This document shows positions 26,211 to 39,190 of a stretch of DNA of 64,000 nt, in pieces (within the stretch, counting starts at the first letter, position 1; each line of letters opens with the position of its first letter). The notes beneath the pieces were generated by a model. That model was not told the origin of the DNA and searched no databases. It saw only the letters and a program-made list of their open reading frames with translations. The position numbers and the translations under genes are program-made. Origin of the DNA: Heteronotia binoei (lineage: Eukaryota); contig NC_083232.1 of assembly GCF_032191835.1 (NCBI RefSeq), forward strand, positions 52,824,001-52,888,000. The letters run 5' to 3'.

Positions 26211-27079
26211 TTCAATTTTGTTGGGTTAAGTTTTTCCCCTCTCCCTTTTTAAAAATCCAAACAAGAAAGTCAGTCTGCAAGACCTGAGCAAGGCTGTTAA
26301 TGATAAGATGTTTTGGAAGTCATTAATTCATAGGATTGTCAATACTTTAGAAGTGAGTTGGTGGCATATAACACGCACACACATTCCCAGAATAGTATTG
26401 GTGTTTCTGCCCCAGCACAAAAGCCTAAATTAGGCTAACACTGTTGTGCCAAGGTGAAGAACCTTGGCTTGGCTTTTAGGCAGCTAATCAATATTATACA
26501 GGAAGCAAAGTTACTGCCTGCTGTAGCAGGTTATTGTTATCATCTGTTATTGGTATCATCTGTCATTTTTCAGATCCTCGGATTTATGGAAATCATAAAT
26601 ATTTGAAAAAACTTCATATAAAGTAAGAGCACAACACTGAAGGAAAAATTAAATAAAGGAAATTTAAATGTAAGAATGCACTACAACTGCATTCTACAAA
26701 CTATTAAATTTAGAAACAGTTGAAAGACAAGTAAAGCAATCAAGAGAAACCTTGTAGTTAATGGAAATATAATTAATAGTATTTGTGCAATTAACAAGGA
26801 CTATATAAAAATTAGCTCAGAATGTGAGTTAACAGAGGTATTGACACGGATTACGTAATCGAAGTAAATTGTACAATTTTTTTAGAGAGAATCCTTTTCA
26901 CTGCCTGCAAACTAGTGAGATATCATACCCTAGAAAATATAAAATTGAATTAAAATAATGAAAATTAGAAGTGGTATTTCAGAAACCTGTGAAATGAACA
27001 TGCCCGCTCAAATTTAGTGCACATTAAGAAGTTATTTGTAGAGGAGTTTAAGGGGCTGGTGTAAACAACATCTCAAAAC

Positions 27080-27765
27080 CTCAAGGTATCTTGTGGAGTT
27101 CTACAGGTTGCAATCCTACCCTCCATGCTTTTCAGTTGTGGCATAAAGCCCACAGGACAAATCATTCATCGTTGGGGACTGGCTGTCATCAATATGACAA
27201 AAATATCCAGCTGTATATATCATCCAATATCCTAGAGATGCAATAGAGATCCTAAATCACTGCCTGGCAACTGTGCTAAATTGGCTAAATGTGAACAAAC
27301 TAAAACCTGAAAAGACAGGTAATGCTGATTGGGAAGCCAGAGGTTTTGAAGGGCATTGTTCTCCCTGCCTTCAAGTGGAGTTCAAGCTCACCCTTGCTGA
27401 CTCCATTAAGATCCTTTAGGACATACGAGATTCAGCATTACTGCTAGACAAACAAGCCAATGCAGCTACAAAAAGTTTTCTTCCAACTCAGTCTAGCCTG
27501 GAAGATAGCCCCTTATCATAGCTATCTTCCAGGCTAGATCCATGGCTTCTCATGACCCCTATCTGGCCACCAGGATCCTTGCCACAGTAACACTGTGACT
27601 AGACTATTACAATGAACTCTACTTTAGGCCTCTCCACAAAATCAACTCAGAGACTACAGTTAGTGAAGAACACTGTGGTTTGGCTGTTATCAGGAGCTAG
27701 ATGGAGCATGCATGCTGTTCCCATTCAGTTCATTGGTTACCCATTAGTTACCAGGCTCAGTTGGC
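27080..27765 (+). mobile_element. Old L2 RT-region fragment
   Basis: Degenerate GVPQGSILSPMLF, HQYADDTQLY and LDYCN-like motifs. Confidence 0.75.
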
Positions 27766-27769
27766 TAAT

Positions 27770-27965
27770 GGGATAGTGGTTAAAAGAGGTGTAGTGGTTA
27801 AAAACAGCAGACTGTAATCTGGAGGACTGGGTTTGATTCCCCACTCCTCCTCACAAAGCCTACAGGGTGATCTTGGGCCAGTCACAGCTATCTCAGAACT
27901 CTCTCAGTCCCACCTACCTCACAAGTTGCCTGTTGTGGGAACAGGAAGGGAAGGTGATTGTAAGC
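27770..27965 (+). mobile_element. Older Squam3/MIR-type CORE SINE (similar copies at 22290-22420, 23100-23260, 32175-32350)
   Basis: tRNA-like head (gtgtagtggtt...ggtttgattcccc) plus CORE (ctctcagtcccacctacctcacaag..tgttgtggg). Confidence 0.7.
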
Positions 27966-28226
27966 CATTTTCTGTCATGACCCCCATCCTGCAGAATGGC
28001 CTGCCTAATAAGGCCAAAAGGTCTTCTACTCTCTTGACTTTCTACAAACTGTAAAACTGAATTATTCCAAGGTGGCTTTTCTATAGAAACAGTAAGGCTA
28101 TACTGTAACAAAACAGTCCAAACAGATACTTGGGTACAGAGTCAGGGACTGTAGCCTATATTAAATCATACTATCTTTTTACTTATGTTTTGCTTTAGTT
28201 CTGTTTATATTTCTGGTTGGTAACAC

Positions 28227-28428
28227 CAGGGGTTTTTTTGTAGAAAAAGCCCAGCAAGAACTTATTTGCATATTAGGCCACACCCCCTGTTATCATCATT
28301 GTTTCACACAGGACTTTCTTGTAGAAAAAGCCCAGCAGGAACTCATTTGCATGATAGGCCACACCCCTGACACCAAGCCAGCCGGGACTGCGCTCCTGTG
28401 TGTTCCTGATTTTTTTAAAAAAGCCCTG
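28227..28428. mobile_element. hAT MITE (CAGGGCTTTTT family)
   Basis: Perfect 8-bp TSD ggtaacac. Confidence 0.92.
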
Positions 28429-29652
28429 GGTAACACAAAAGAAGAGGTAAAAGCCCAATTCCAAAATGGTACTGGATACCTAAAAGGTTGAGGTTACAAA
28501 CATATTTTAAAAAGATTTGATCTTACATTGCACTTAAATGGTTCATTAAAAACAAAACAGGCCTTTAGGCCATACAGATCACATACTCTGTGTAGTACAC
28601 ATTACATGCACTGCTCTTTGATTACCTGGTTAACATCTGAAGTTGCATCATCTTTTCATCCCCTTGTAGTCATCTAGGGCTCTTCTTAATTTACAGTTGG
28701 CAGCACACATATGAACACTGTAAGTAAAGGAACTGCTATATTCAGGTCAGGTGGATAGTCATGTTGGTCTCAAGCAACAGAACAGAGTTTGAGTCCAGTG
28801 GCACCATTAAGTCCAACAACGTTTAATTTTGGGTATACTTTTATATGTGCATGCACACTTTTTCAGATACACTGAAACAGATACATTGGCCTATTATGCA
28901 GAAGAGTTTTGCTTCACTTTCACCATACATTCACCCAGTTTAAACTGGGTGGTGGGAGAAGGCAGTGCAGAGATGCACCTGCAGGGAGCCATCAGCTCCC
29001 CACAGCCATAGTGATTCCAGCAGGGCTGCTGTAGCTGCAGAATAACTACACTGGAGAAAAAAGAATGGTGCTTACGGAAGGCACAGAATCCAAAATTAGA
29101 TTTAAGGGCTTAACTGCTCTGATTATCTATAGTAAGCTGTGTGAACATAATAGGCCATTTAAACATGTAAAGTGGAGGTTTGGGGAGGTGGTGCTCTGTT
29201 TTTTTCCCCCAAAAAATGAATGTTATAGGTGTGGGAAACTAAAAAAAAAACAGAGAAAAGTGGTGCCACATCATTACTTTTCCATTGCATGTGAACAGGT
29301 ATATCTGAGTCAACATAAGCACTATCTGAAGGTCTCTTTAAATGTAGGTAGCTGTATCATACATCATAAATGTAGGTAGCTGTATCATACAGGGGCAGTG
29401 GCCAGAAATACCACACGATAACTGTCCCCTGAAAAATATACATGAAAACTCCCCATCACTGAGGTGTTATAGTCCTCAGGAGGGGAGTATACCGCTGGAA
29501 TTTCATATGTATGGTGTGGGGTAGTATTTTAACATGTGCACACTCAGAACAAAATATCATACAATTTGGGGGGGGGGGGGTCTCCCAAAGTGTAAAATTT
29601 TGACATGGGGTGATACTTATATGAGGTTCTTGGAACCAAACACCAACAATGT

Positions 29653-31929
29653 CTCTCTCTCTCGGCTTGGCTTCGCGAACGAAGATTTAAGAAGGGTGCA
29701 ATAGTCCACGTTTGCTGCAGGCTCGCTGGTGGCTGACAAGACCAATGTGGGACAGGCAGGTCCGGCCACAGCGGCTGCAGGGAAAAGTCTGATTTAGGGT
29801 TGGTCCTGTAGCAGTGCGATTCTTCCTCAATCTCCTTTTGTCCTCAAGACCAGCTATGCGTGTGTTCTCAAAGGAAGAGACAGCCTGGTGGATGGTGTGC
29901 CTCCATGCTTTGCGATCTGAGGCTAGGTCAGACCACTGGTGATGGTTGATGTGACAGGTGCTAAGGGATTTCTTCAAGGAGTCCTTGTACCTCTTCTTTG
30001 GTGCCCCTCTATTTCGATGGCCGGTGGAGAGTTCGCCATACAGGGCAATCTTGGGAAGGCGGTGGTTTTCCATCCTAGAAATATGCCCTGCCCAGCGCAG
30101 CTGCGTCTTCAACAGCAGTGCCTCGATGCTGGTAACCTCTGCCCGCTTGAGGACTTCAGTGTTGGTCACAAAGTCACTCCAGTGGATGTTGAGGATGGTG
30201 CGAAGGCAGCGCTGATGAAAGCGCTCAAGGAGTCGCAGGTGATGACGGTATAAAACCCACGATTCGGAGCCATAGATGAGGGTTGTCATCACAACCGCTT
30301 TGTAAACATTGATCTTTGTGCCTTTTTTCAGATGCTTGTTGCTCCACACTCTTTTGTGCAGTCGGCCAAATGCACGGTTTGCCTTTGCCAGCCTGTTGTC
30401 AATCTCCTTGTCGATCTTGGCATCTGAGGAGATGATGCACCCCAGGTAGCTGAACTGCTGGACTGTCTTCAGAACTGATTCACCCACAGTGATGCAGGGG
30501 GGGTGATAATCTTCCTGGGGTGCAGGCTGGTGGAGAACTTCTGTCTTCTTCAGACTAACTTCTAGGCCGAATAGCTTGGCAGCCTCTGCAAAGCAGGACG
30601 TCATATGCTGCAGAGCTGATACCGAGTGGGAGACGAGTGCAGCATCATCAGCAAACAGTAGCTCTCGGATGAGTTTTTCCATTGTCTTGGAGTGTGCCTT
30701 TAGTCGCCTCAGGTTGAACAGGCTGCCATCGGTGCGATAGCGGATGTAGACACCATCGTCCTCATCTAGATCTACTGCGGCTCTTTGAAGCATCATGCTA
30801 AAGAAGATCGTAAAGAGAGTTGGCGCGAGAACGCAGCCTTGCTTTACACCTGTGCCTATTGGGAAGGGCTCCGAGAGGTCGTTGCAGTGTCTGACTTGGC
30901 CTCGCTGGTCTTCGTGTAGCTGGATGATCATGCTGAGGAACCTTGGGGGACATCCTAAACGTTCCAAGATTTGCCACAGGCCTTTCCTGCTAACGGTATC
31001 GAAAGCTTTGGTAAGGTCGACAAAAGTCACATACAGAGCCTTGTTCTGTTCCCTGCATTTCTCTTGGAGCTGCCTGAGAACAAATACCATGTCGGTGGTG
31101 CTCCTGTTAGCTCTGAAGCCGCACTGGCTCTCTGGGAGGAGTTCTTCTGCAATGGTGGGCACCAGTCTGTTCAGGAGTATTCTGGCAAGGATTTTGCCTG
31201 CGATGGAGAGCAGGGTTATCCCCCGGTAGTTGGAGCAGTCTGACTTTTCCCCTTTGTTCTTGTATAGGGTGATGATGATTGCATCGCGAAAGTCCTGTGG
31301 TAATTTGCCTTGTTCCCAGCAGGTGACAAGTACTTTGTGAAGTGAGCTATGTAGTACTGTGCCCCCATGCTTCCAGATCTCTGGTGGAATTCCATCAACT
31401 CCTGCTGCCTTGCCACTTTTCAGTTGCTTGATGGCTTTAACAGTCTCTTCTAGGGTGGGGATCTCATCCAACTCTGTTTTCACCGGTTGAAGTGGGGTGA
31501 GGTGGATTGCTGAATCTTGAACTACGCGGTTGGCACTGAAGAGAACCTGAAAATACTCTGACCACCGGTTCAGTATGGATGCCTTGTCTGTGAGGAGCAC
31601 TTGGCCGTCTGCACTATGCAAGGGACTCTGAGCCTGATATGATGGACCATATACTGCCTTCAGGGCTTCGTAGAACCCTCTTAAATCACCAGTGTCTGCA
31701 CACAGCTGGGTTCTCTCTGCAAGCTTGGTCCACCACTCGTTCTGAATGTCTCGAAGCTTGCGCTGGAGGTTGCTACATGCAGCGCGAAAGGTTGCTTTTT
31801 TCCCAGGACAGGAGGGCTGAGCAAGATGTGCTTGGTAGGCAGATCTCTTTTTTGCCAGTAATTCTTGGATCTCTTGATTGTTCTCATCAAACCAGTCCTT
31901 GTTCTTCCTTGTGGAGAAGTCCTCGGGTT
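29653..31929 (-). mobile_element. Young 5'-truncated RTE-clade LINE with open reverse-transcriptase frame
   Basis: 12-bp TSD CACCAACAATGT (29641-29652, 31930-31941) and (GA)n tail. RT motifs GVKQGCVLAP and LLFADDAAL, with a C-terminal CxxC..HxxxC. The frame is open from the 5' junction to the stop at 29687. Confidence 0.95.
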
Positions 31930-33239
31930 CACCAACAATGTACTAGTTGTATTAAAGACTGTCATTTATGCATCCTGAATCTACCTTTAGTTGGTCTTCC
32001 ATGGAGAGTACAGAAGAAAAACATTTCACTGGGTTGCATCAGTCCCCATTCACAGACATCATCTTCACTGTCCTGAAGAATCCCACATTTGGACTGGCAT
32101 CACATTGAAATTCCTTTATGTTCAGCAGGTTCAGTAAAAGGTACTGTTTGAACTGCTCTAGGATGGACCAGTGATACCAGTGTGTTCTATTGGTGAGAGT
32201 GTCAGACTAGTATCAAGAGACCCGGGTTTAAATGCCCACTCTGCCATGAAGTTTGCTGCTTGATCTGACAGGCCAGTCATATATATTCTGCCTCATTTAT
32301 GTCACAGGGTTATGATTTTAAATAAGAAGAGAGAACCCTGTACATTGTTGTGAACTCCCAGGAGGAAAAACAGGGTAAAATATATTTGACAGAGGCATGT
32401 TGTAATTAATGAGCCTGTTGAAGAGGTCTCAAGCGGGTAAGCCAAGGATAAATTATGGTATTTTATGGTAATAATCTTGATACTCAGAAGCCCTGGAAGA
32501 ACAGAGGATGAATAATATTTTTCATTTACAATTCTTTGTTGAGCTAACTCCCTCCAGCCCTCTGTAGATGCAATGCATTTCAACTCCTGTCCTTTTATGG
32601 CATGAGTTCATTGATCTAAGGAAGTTGCAGATCTTGTCCTGAAAAGTAAACTTCAGTGAACTCAGAGGAATAGCCAGATTTTATTTATCAGCTCAATCTT
32701 TCTTGAGTTAGATGTATTGTATATCCCTGGAGATAATTAAAATGTCCTGGCTTGTTTCTTCAAGTTCATATTAACACCACAACCTGAAATGGTTATATTC
32801 TAGGGGGTAGCTGTTTGTCTGAAGCAGAACAAAGTTTGAGTCCAGTGTGGCACCTTTAAGCTTACATACAAAATTTTATATCCAGAAGTAAGCTTTGTGT
32901 CTTAAAGGTTCCACTGGACTCAAACTGTGTTCTGAAATGATTACAGTGTACAATAATCATGAACCATTACATTAAGGAAAAAAGACATGGCAATTTGGTT
33001 ATTCAATGGAGCTTATTCCTAGAACAATGTTCTTAGGATTTCATTGTATTTGTCCTAGTGTAGCACACAGTGTTCCTCACAGGTCTGATTATTCACTTCA
33101 TTTATACTCCACCTTTCTCCCCCATGAGGACTCAAAGTGGCTAACATTGGTCACTTTATATATTTATTTATTTATTTCTTCGACTTGATGGATTGCCCTA
33201 TCCCAACCAAATCCGGGCTCTGAGCAATGTACAGCTTAG

Positions 33240-34090
33240 CTAATAAATAATAATAATAATAATAATAATAAGTTTTATTTGTATCCCGCCCTCCCCGCCC
33301 AGGCGGCTCAGGGCGGCTAACAACCTTTTATACATGTACAATAATAGATAAAAACTTTAAATTCAACAATAAAAGCATTTAAACATTATAAAAACCAGTT
33401 AATAATTAAAAATACATAATTTAAGTTAATTTAAATTGATTTAAGTTAATTTAGGTTAATACAAACATTTAAAACCAATTAAATCAATTTAAATAACAAT
33501 TATAAATCCTGATGCCATCCTATTAGCGTTTTTTCCAATTCAGATTTCTGGATGCAGCATCAAGGCAGGGGACTGGTGGGTGGGGAGGATTCTAGCTTGG
33601 CAACCATCCCTGTCATTAATCGAAAGCCTGGTGGAACATCTCTGCCTTACAGGCTCTCTGGAACTGTAAAAGATCTCCCGAGGTCCTAATATTCTCTGGA
33701 GACAGTTCCACCAAGTTGGGCCAGGACTGAAAAATTTCTAGCCCTTGTCAAGGACAGCTGGACCTCTTTAGGGCCAAGGATCACCAGTAAGTTTTGATCA
33801 GTAGAGCATAATGCTCTTCCAGGGACATAGCGGAGGAGCCAGCCCCATAGATATGTCAGTCCCAGACCTCTCAAGGCCTTAAAAGTCATAGCCAAAACCT
33901 TGAACCTGACTTAGTACTCAACCAGAAGCCAGTATAGCTGGTGCAGTACAGGTTGAACGTGTGCTATCCTAGGCGTTTCCGTCAGGACCTATGCCATCAC
34001 ATTCTGGACCTGTTGGAGTTTCTGGGTCAGACTCAGAGGTAGGCCAATGTAGAGCAAGTTACAATAGTCTCATCTGGAAGTGACCGTTAC
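33240..34090 (-). mobile_element. L2 LINE 3' portion with (aat)n tail
   Basis: TFKALRGLGLTYL...TRARNFS plus the L2 3' terminus. Confidence 0.88.
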
Positions 34091-35275
34091 ATGCCACTTC
34101 GGCAATATCCGTAACCTGGGCCTCCATGTGTAACCTCTCCTCCATTTTATCCTCCCAATAACCTTATTAGGCCGAGAGCATTTCATGGCCTTAAGTCATC
34201 CAACAAGTTTTTATGACCAAGTGGGGATTCCCATCCTTCTTCCAATAACCTCATGATGTATTAATACATCATTCACTCCCCCCTCCATTTCATTCTTACA
34301 GCAACAACTCTGTGAGATGGATTAGGCTGAAAGACCTAAAGCTCTTCTCCCACTTATCTCCCTGCATTCTGTTGCCTCAAGCTACCCACCTCAGCTCACT
34401 TCCAGGAACAGCACTGAGCTGGGAGAAACATGTTTTCAAATAATGGAGCAGGTAGTGTAAGCTGGAGGAGACTTTCCTTACTCCCCCCATGAGCTCCTTT
34501 TCTTGTAAAGGGAAAAGCCCTTCTGACCATGTTTTATCAACAGGTAGACAAATAAATGAATGCATGTTGCTGGCCTGTCATGTCTACCTTAGCCCTTATA
34601 TTCTATAAAGCAATTTTCAACAGTTCCCCCCCTCCAAGTACCTTATACATGATTTTTTCCCATAGTGTCAGTGTCACTGACACTTCTAAAATGATGCAAG
34701 TAGCTGTACTCTGACAAGGAAGAAATATTTTTAGTGGTTTTAAACAAACACCTTTCACCCATAACTGAGGCAACTCAAGGCATGTTTACTCAGAGGTCAT
34801 TTCCTTCCTGTTCAATGATACTTACTCACAGCTTGACTTTGTAGAGAAGGTTACAATGTCTTTAAGAAGACATTTTATGTGCTCTGTTGGATCCAACCAA
34901 CTATCTGTCTAGAAGAGCATCCTCTATCCCAGATGCTTTCTGGAAGTCCACAAGGAGGTCATCAAGCAGGAGCAGACTGGGAAGCGAACGTAGCCCAAGA
35001 TCAAGTTAAGCTGAGTTGTCCTTGTGATGCTACAAGCCAGCACTGCAGGGGCTATTCAACTCAGCAGGGCCAGCAGTGGTCATTAGCTCATCCACAGCTT
35101 CCTCTTTCAAGCTGTCTAGGAGGCAACAGGTAAGCTGCCAGTGTGATTATTGTTGCCAATGATCTGAGCCAAATGGACAGTGAGACTCTAGCAAAGTTGC
35201 TGGGGGGAGGGGGGGCTTGGCTGTGCTTACACCTGGTCATCAGTGGCTCTCTGACCACCCCACCCCTGGCATCAA

Positions 35276-35736
35276 GAGGAGGAGGAGATTGGATTTATAC
35301 ACTGCCCTTTGCTTGGAGTCTCAGAGTGGCTTTCAATTGTTTTGCTTTCCTCTCCCCACAACAGACACCCTGTGAGGTAGGTGGGGCTGAGAGAGCTCTG
35401 AGAGAACTGCTCTTGAGAGAAAAACTGACCCAAGTACACCCAGCAGTTGCACGTGGAACAAGAAGAAGACTGCAGATTTATACCCCTCCCTTCTCCCTGA
35501 ATCAGAGACTCAGAGCGGCTTACAATCTCCTATATCTTCTCCCCCCACAACAGACACCCTGTCAGATGGGTGGGGCTGAGAGGCTCTCATAGCAGCTGCC
35601 CTTTCAAGGACAACTCCTGCGAGAGCTATGGCTGACCCAAGGCCATTCCAGCAGGCAAGTAGAGGAGTGGGGAATCAAACCCGGTTCTCCCAGATAAGAG
35701 TCTACCTCTCTTAACTACTACACAAAACTGGCTCTC
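35276..35736 (-). mobile_element. Two tandem Squam3 SINE copies (one truncated, one full)
   Basis: Repeated ctcccccacaacagacaccctgt..ggtggggctgagag core; full copy at about 35461-35736. Confidence 0.88.
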
Positions 35737-37140
35737 TGAACTGAAGAAGTCTGCTTATGTGCAAAAACTTATATCTTAAATTATTTTAGTCTTAAAAGTG
35801 CCACTGGACTCAAACTTTACTCTTTGGTAGTGTTCTCTAAGCATTCAGGGTTACATTCAATATGGAGTTTCCATTAGCTGTTATGGTCTAATAGCCACTG
35901 ATTATGCCTATTTGTTTTCCCCATGAATTGCTTGGCATTCATGATTGCAACCTAGACCTAGATACCCTTCCTAAACTGTGATATTAGCTTCTATTATTGT
36001 GCCCTGAAGGGACTAAATCAATGTGCTTGGACTGCCATAGTTTGCATAAAATTGCAGTGTTAGGCTTCAGGAGCTGCTGCCACCTCATTTTTATAAAAGT
36101 TAACTAAACAGTCAACAACCAATTGATGGAATTAGATTCATCCAAACATATCTTTGCTATCTTTCAATTAATACCAGCGGTTGTAATTGAAACAGTATGA
36201 ATATACTTCAACAGATTGAAAGGGAAACTGTTTTTCAAAAGGTCTTGCCAGATTTTGATCTTCACCAACTTAGTATATGCCATTCTCAATTGCTTTGCCT
36301 TAATATAATGTTTTCATGTTTCATTTCCCACTATTATAAGGAAGAAAGTTTTGCCTAGTCCCCCTCCTTTTGCCCCCCAGTACTGTTTCTGAGGGTTATT
36401 AAACAGACATGTTTGCAGCTATGCTGATCCGAAATGAAAATCCAAAGCCGAACTATAATTGGTACTGTGTCTTTCATTAGGACCAACCAAAATGACACAA
36501 AGCAATGTGCAAGCTTTTGAGTTCCCCAGAACTCTTTGTTAGGAAGGATGTTACAAACTTTTTAAAAGTAGTGGTGGGAGAGAGAAAAAGATTTCTCAGG
36601 ATTGCATGCTGCATTGTGTCATTCAATCATGATTTTAAGGACCAACAAAGCATTGTTCTGGTTTCCAAGTCACTCTGTCATCCAGAACAGCAATTCAGGC
36701 TGCAATGGGAGGGGGAAAGCAGTACAGCAGCTCCTTTAGCATATTCCCACTGCTTCCTATGCTAAAGGAGCTGCTGGCTAAGATCCTACACCCAGCTTAA
36801 AGGAATGTCCCTCAATATATGTAGTTACCCACCCAAATGGGTATAAAGGGTCTCTAGACAAAACAACAAGGCATTTCTACAAACCTTGTGTTCACACTAT
36901 TTGTGGACATTTTGTTAGTCATATGTTAATAGTGATTGTGTATGATGTTATTTTCAACTATTTTTGCCTGTTAAGCTTTAGTAACCTCTTTACCTCCCCA
37001 ATAGTCTGCTACATACCTGACTCCAAACCATCTACCTAATGGAACAGTATATCCTCCATAATCTCATAGCTGAATCTAGAAACAAGAGAGTAGTGGTTCA
37101 TTTCATTGAAGATATAACAGACAAACTATATTGTCCTATG

Positions 37141-37258
37141 CAGGGCTTTTTTTGAGCAGGAATGCACAGAAACGCAGTTCAGGCTGGCTTGGTGTCAGGG
37201 GGTGTGGCCTAATATACAAAGAGTTCCTGTTGGGCTTTTCCTACAAAAAAAAACCCTG
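37141..37258. mobile_element. hAT MITE (short CAGGGCTTTTT family)
   Basis: TSD gtcctatg/gccctatg. Confidence 0.88.
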
Positions 37259-37364
37259 GCCCTATGTTACACACTTCAGAAAGTGGCAACATGTGAAAAT
37301 GGCAGACTACATTGCAATGGCGAATTTCTGGTCAGCTTCACAAAAGACATGTCATAACCGTATA

Positions 37365-38313
37365 TGTGAGATTTAACTTCTAGTGACTCTGGAAGGGGAG
37401 TGGATCCCTGAAGAAGCACAGTTCTCACCCAAAAATGGGAGCAGAGATTTCTTTAAAACTTTCAGGTGTAAACAGGCTTTTATTGAGTAGCCACTAGGCT
37501 AGATCCTAACACACACACAAGGACTCCAGCTCTACACAAGACAGCCCTTGCCCAGAAGTCAGACTAAATGACATAAGGTATGTCACATGCTGGCCATGGC
37601 AGATAGTCTGTGCCTCACACTTTGGTCAATGGGAAAGGGACTCTCCTATTCATAGTCGCTCCTGCAGACTTTTGCCTGGTGTCTTCTCTAGTGCCCTGAA
37701 GAATGGCAGTATGGAATTAACTGGAGGTGTTCAGCAGGAATGGAGGGTCCTACTTGATTGGCTGTGGTGGGAACTTTTTTGTCTGTTTTATAGTCTTTGT
37801 TGGGGGGATAGAAAGTCCTTGTGGGGGGGGCAGCCACTTGCTTGAGCATATGGGAGTGCTGTTCCAGCATCCAGTCACCTTGAGAAGGAGAGGTAGGATG
37901 ATGGAGGGGAATACAGCAGGAGTTCAGTTGAGTTCTGCCTCAGAGAGAGAGCAGTTGAGAGCTCAGGTCTGGCTCATGGAAAGAGTGAAGGGTAGCTCTG
38001 CATGGTAGTGTGGCAGAGCAGTGTGGCTCTACTGTGGACAGAGAACAGAGAGTAACAATTGTTATGCCTTTCTCTGACAATTAGCAGACCTTATGTCATT
38101 TAGTCTGACTCTTGTGTGAGGGCAGTCTGGTGTAGGGCTAGAATCCTTGTGTGTGTGTTAGCATTCAACCTAGTGGTTACTCAATAAAAGCCTGTTTACA
38201 CCTGACAGTATTAAGAAGGTTGAAATTACTCTCCATATTAATGTGCCTCAGTCAGGTTTCCCTTTTTTTCTACTTGGAGTCCCGTGCTGCTGATCTTTTC
38301 TGGGAAACCAACA
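37365..38313. mobile_element. LTR-like element containing a 118-bp inverted repeat
   Basis: TG...CA ends; arms 37462-37579 and 38088-38205, each with AATAAA pointing outward; no TSD found. Confidence 0.55.
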
Positions 38314-38427
38314 AGTAAATAAATTAATAATCTTTTGTTTGTGGTTAATATACAATTCCTGCCTCAGTGATCTACATATTCTACTTGTGCACCAGAAAAC
38401 TTACTTCATAGCAGCGACCCCAAAGCC

Positions 38428-38714
38428 CGGTGTGGCCAAACTTTCTTAGCATAAGAGCCAATTAGAATAAAGTCAGATGTTTGAGAGCCACAAGACGGGA
38501 AGGAAGGAAAATAGATGGCGGAGGGGGAAGTGAGAGTGAGGTGGAAAGAAAGCAACTTTAAATGCATTCTCCAAACTGTTGGTTTGGAGAACTGATTTAA
38601 AGAGAGAAATGCCTTCTCCAAGCTGATTGATGGGGCAATAGGGGCATCTAAGAGACACACAATATGTGTGAAAGAGCCACATGTGGCTCCCAAGCCTTAG
38701 TTTGGCCACTCCTG
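38428..38714. mobile_element. hAT (Charlie-like) MITE; right-end fragment also at 62515-62582
   Basis: Ends ccggtgtggccaaact/agtttggccactcctg; shared gagccacatgtggctccc. Confidence 0.75.
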
Positions 38715-38891
38715 CCGAAGCCTATAAACACACGACCATTAGAACGTGTAGTACCTGAGGGGAAAGTTTATAGTTTACAATAGACCTGGTTCCCTCAAAA
38801 TCATAAGAGGGTGTTGGGGTCCCCTCAATTGATAGAAACAGCTTGTCAAATTGTGGTTGTTTAGTTAAATAGGGCTGGTCTATGCTTGAGT

Positions 38892-39190
38892 AAGAGCCCT
38901 GTGGCGCAGAGTGGTAAAGCTGCAGTACTGCAGTCCTAAGCTCCACTCATGACCTCAGTTCAATCCCGGTGAAAGCTGGGTTCAGCTAGCGGGCTCAAGG
39001 TTGACTCAACCTTCCATCCTTCTGAGGTTGGTAAAATGAGTACCCAGCTTGCTGGCGGGAAAGTGTAGATGACTGGGGAAGGCAATGGCAAACCACCTCA
39101 TAAAAAGTCTGCCGTGAAAACATAGTGAAAGCAACGTCACCCCAGAGTCAGAAACAACTGGTGCTTGCACAGTGGACTACCTTTACCTTT
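38892..39190 (+). mobile_element. Sauria SINE, full length
   Basis: (accttt)n tail; TSD tatgcttga. Confidence 0.92.

Noticed and set aside
29939-31243. Plus-strand ORFs of 85-144 aa
   Set aside because: Antisense shadows of the RTE reverse-transcriptase frame.
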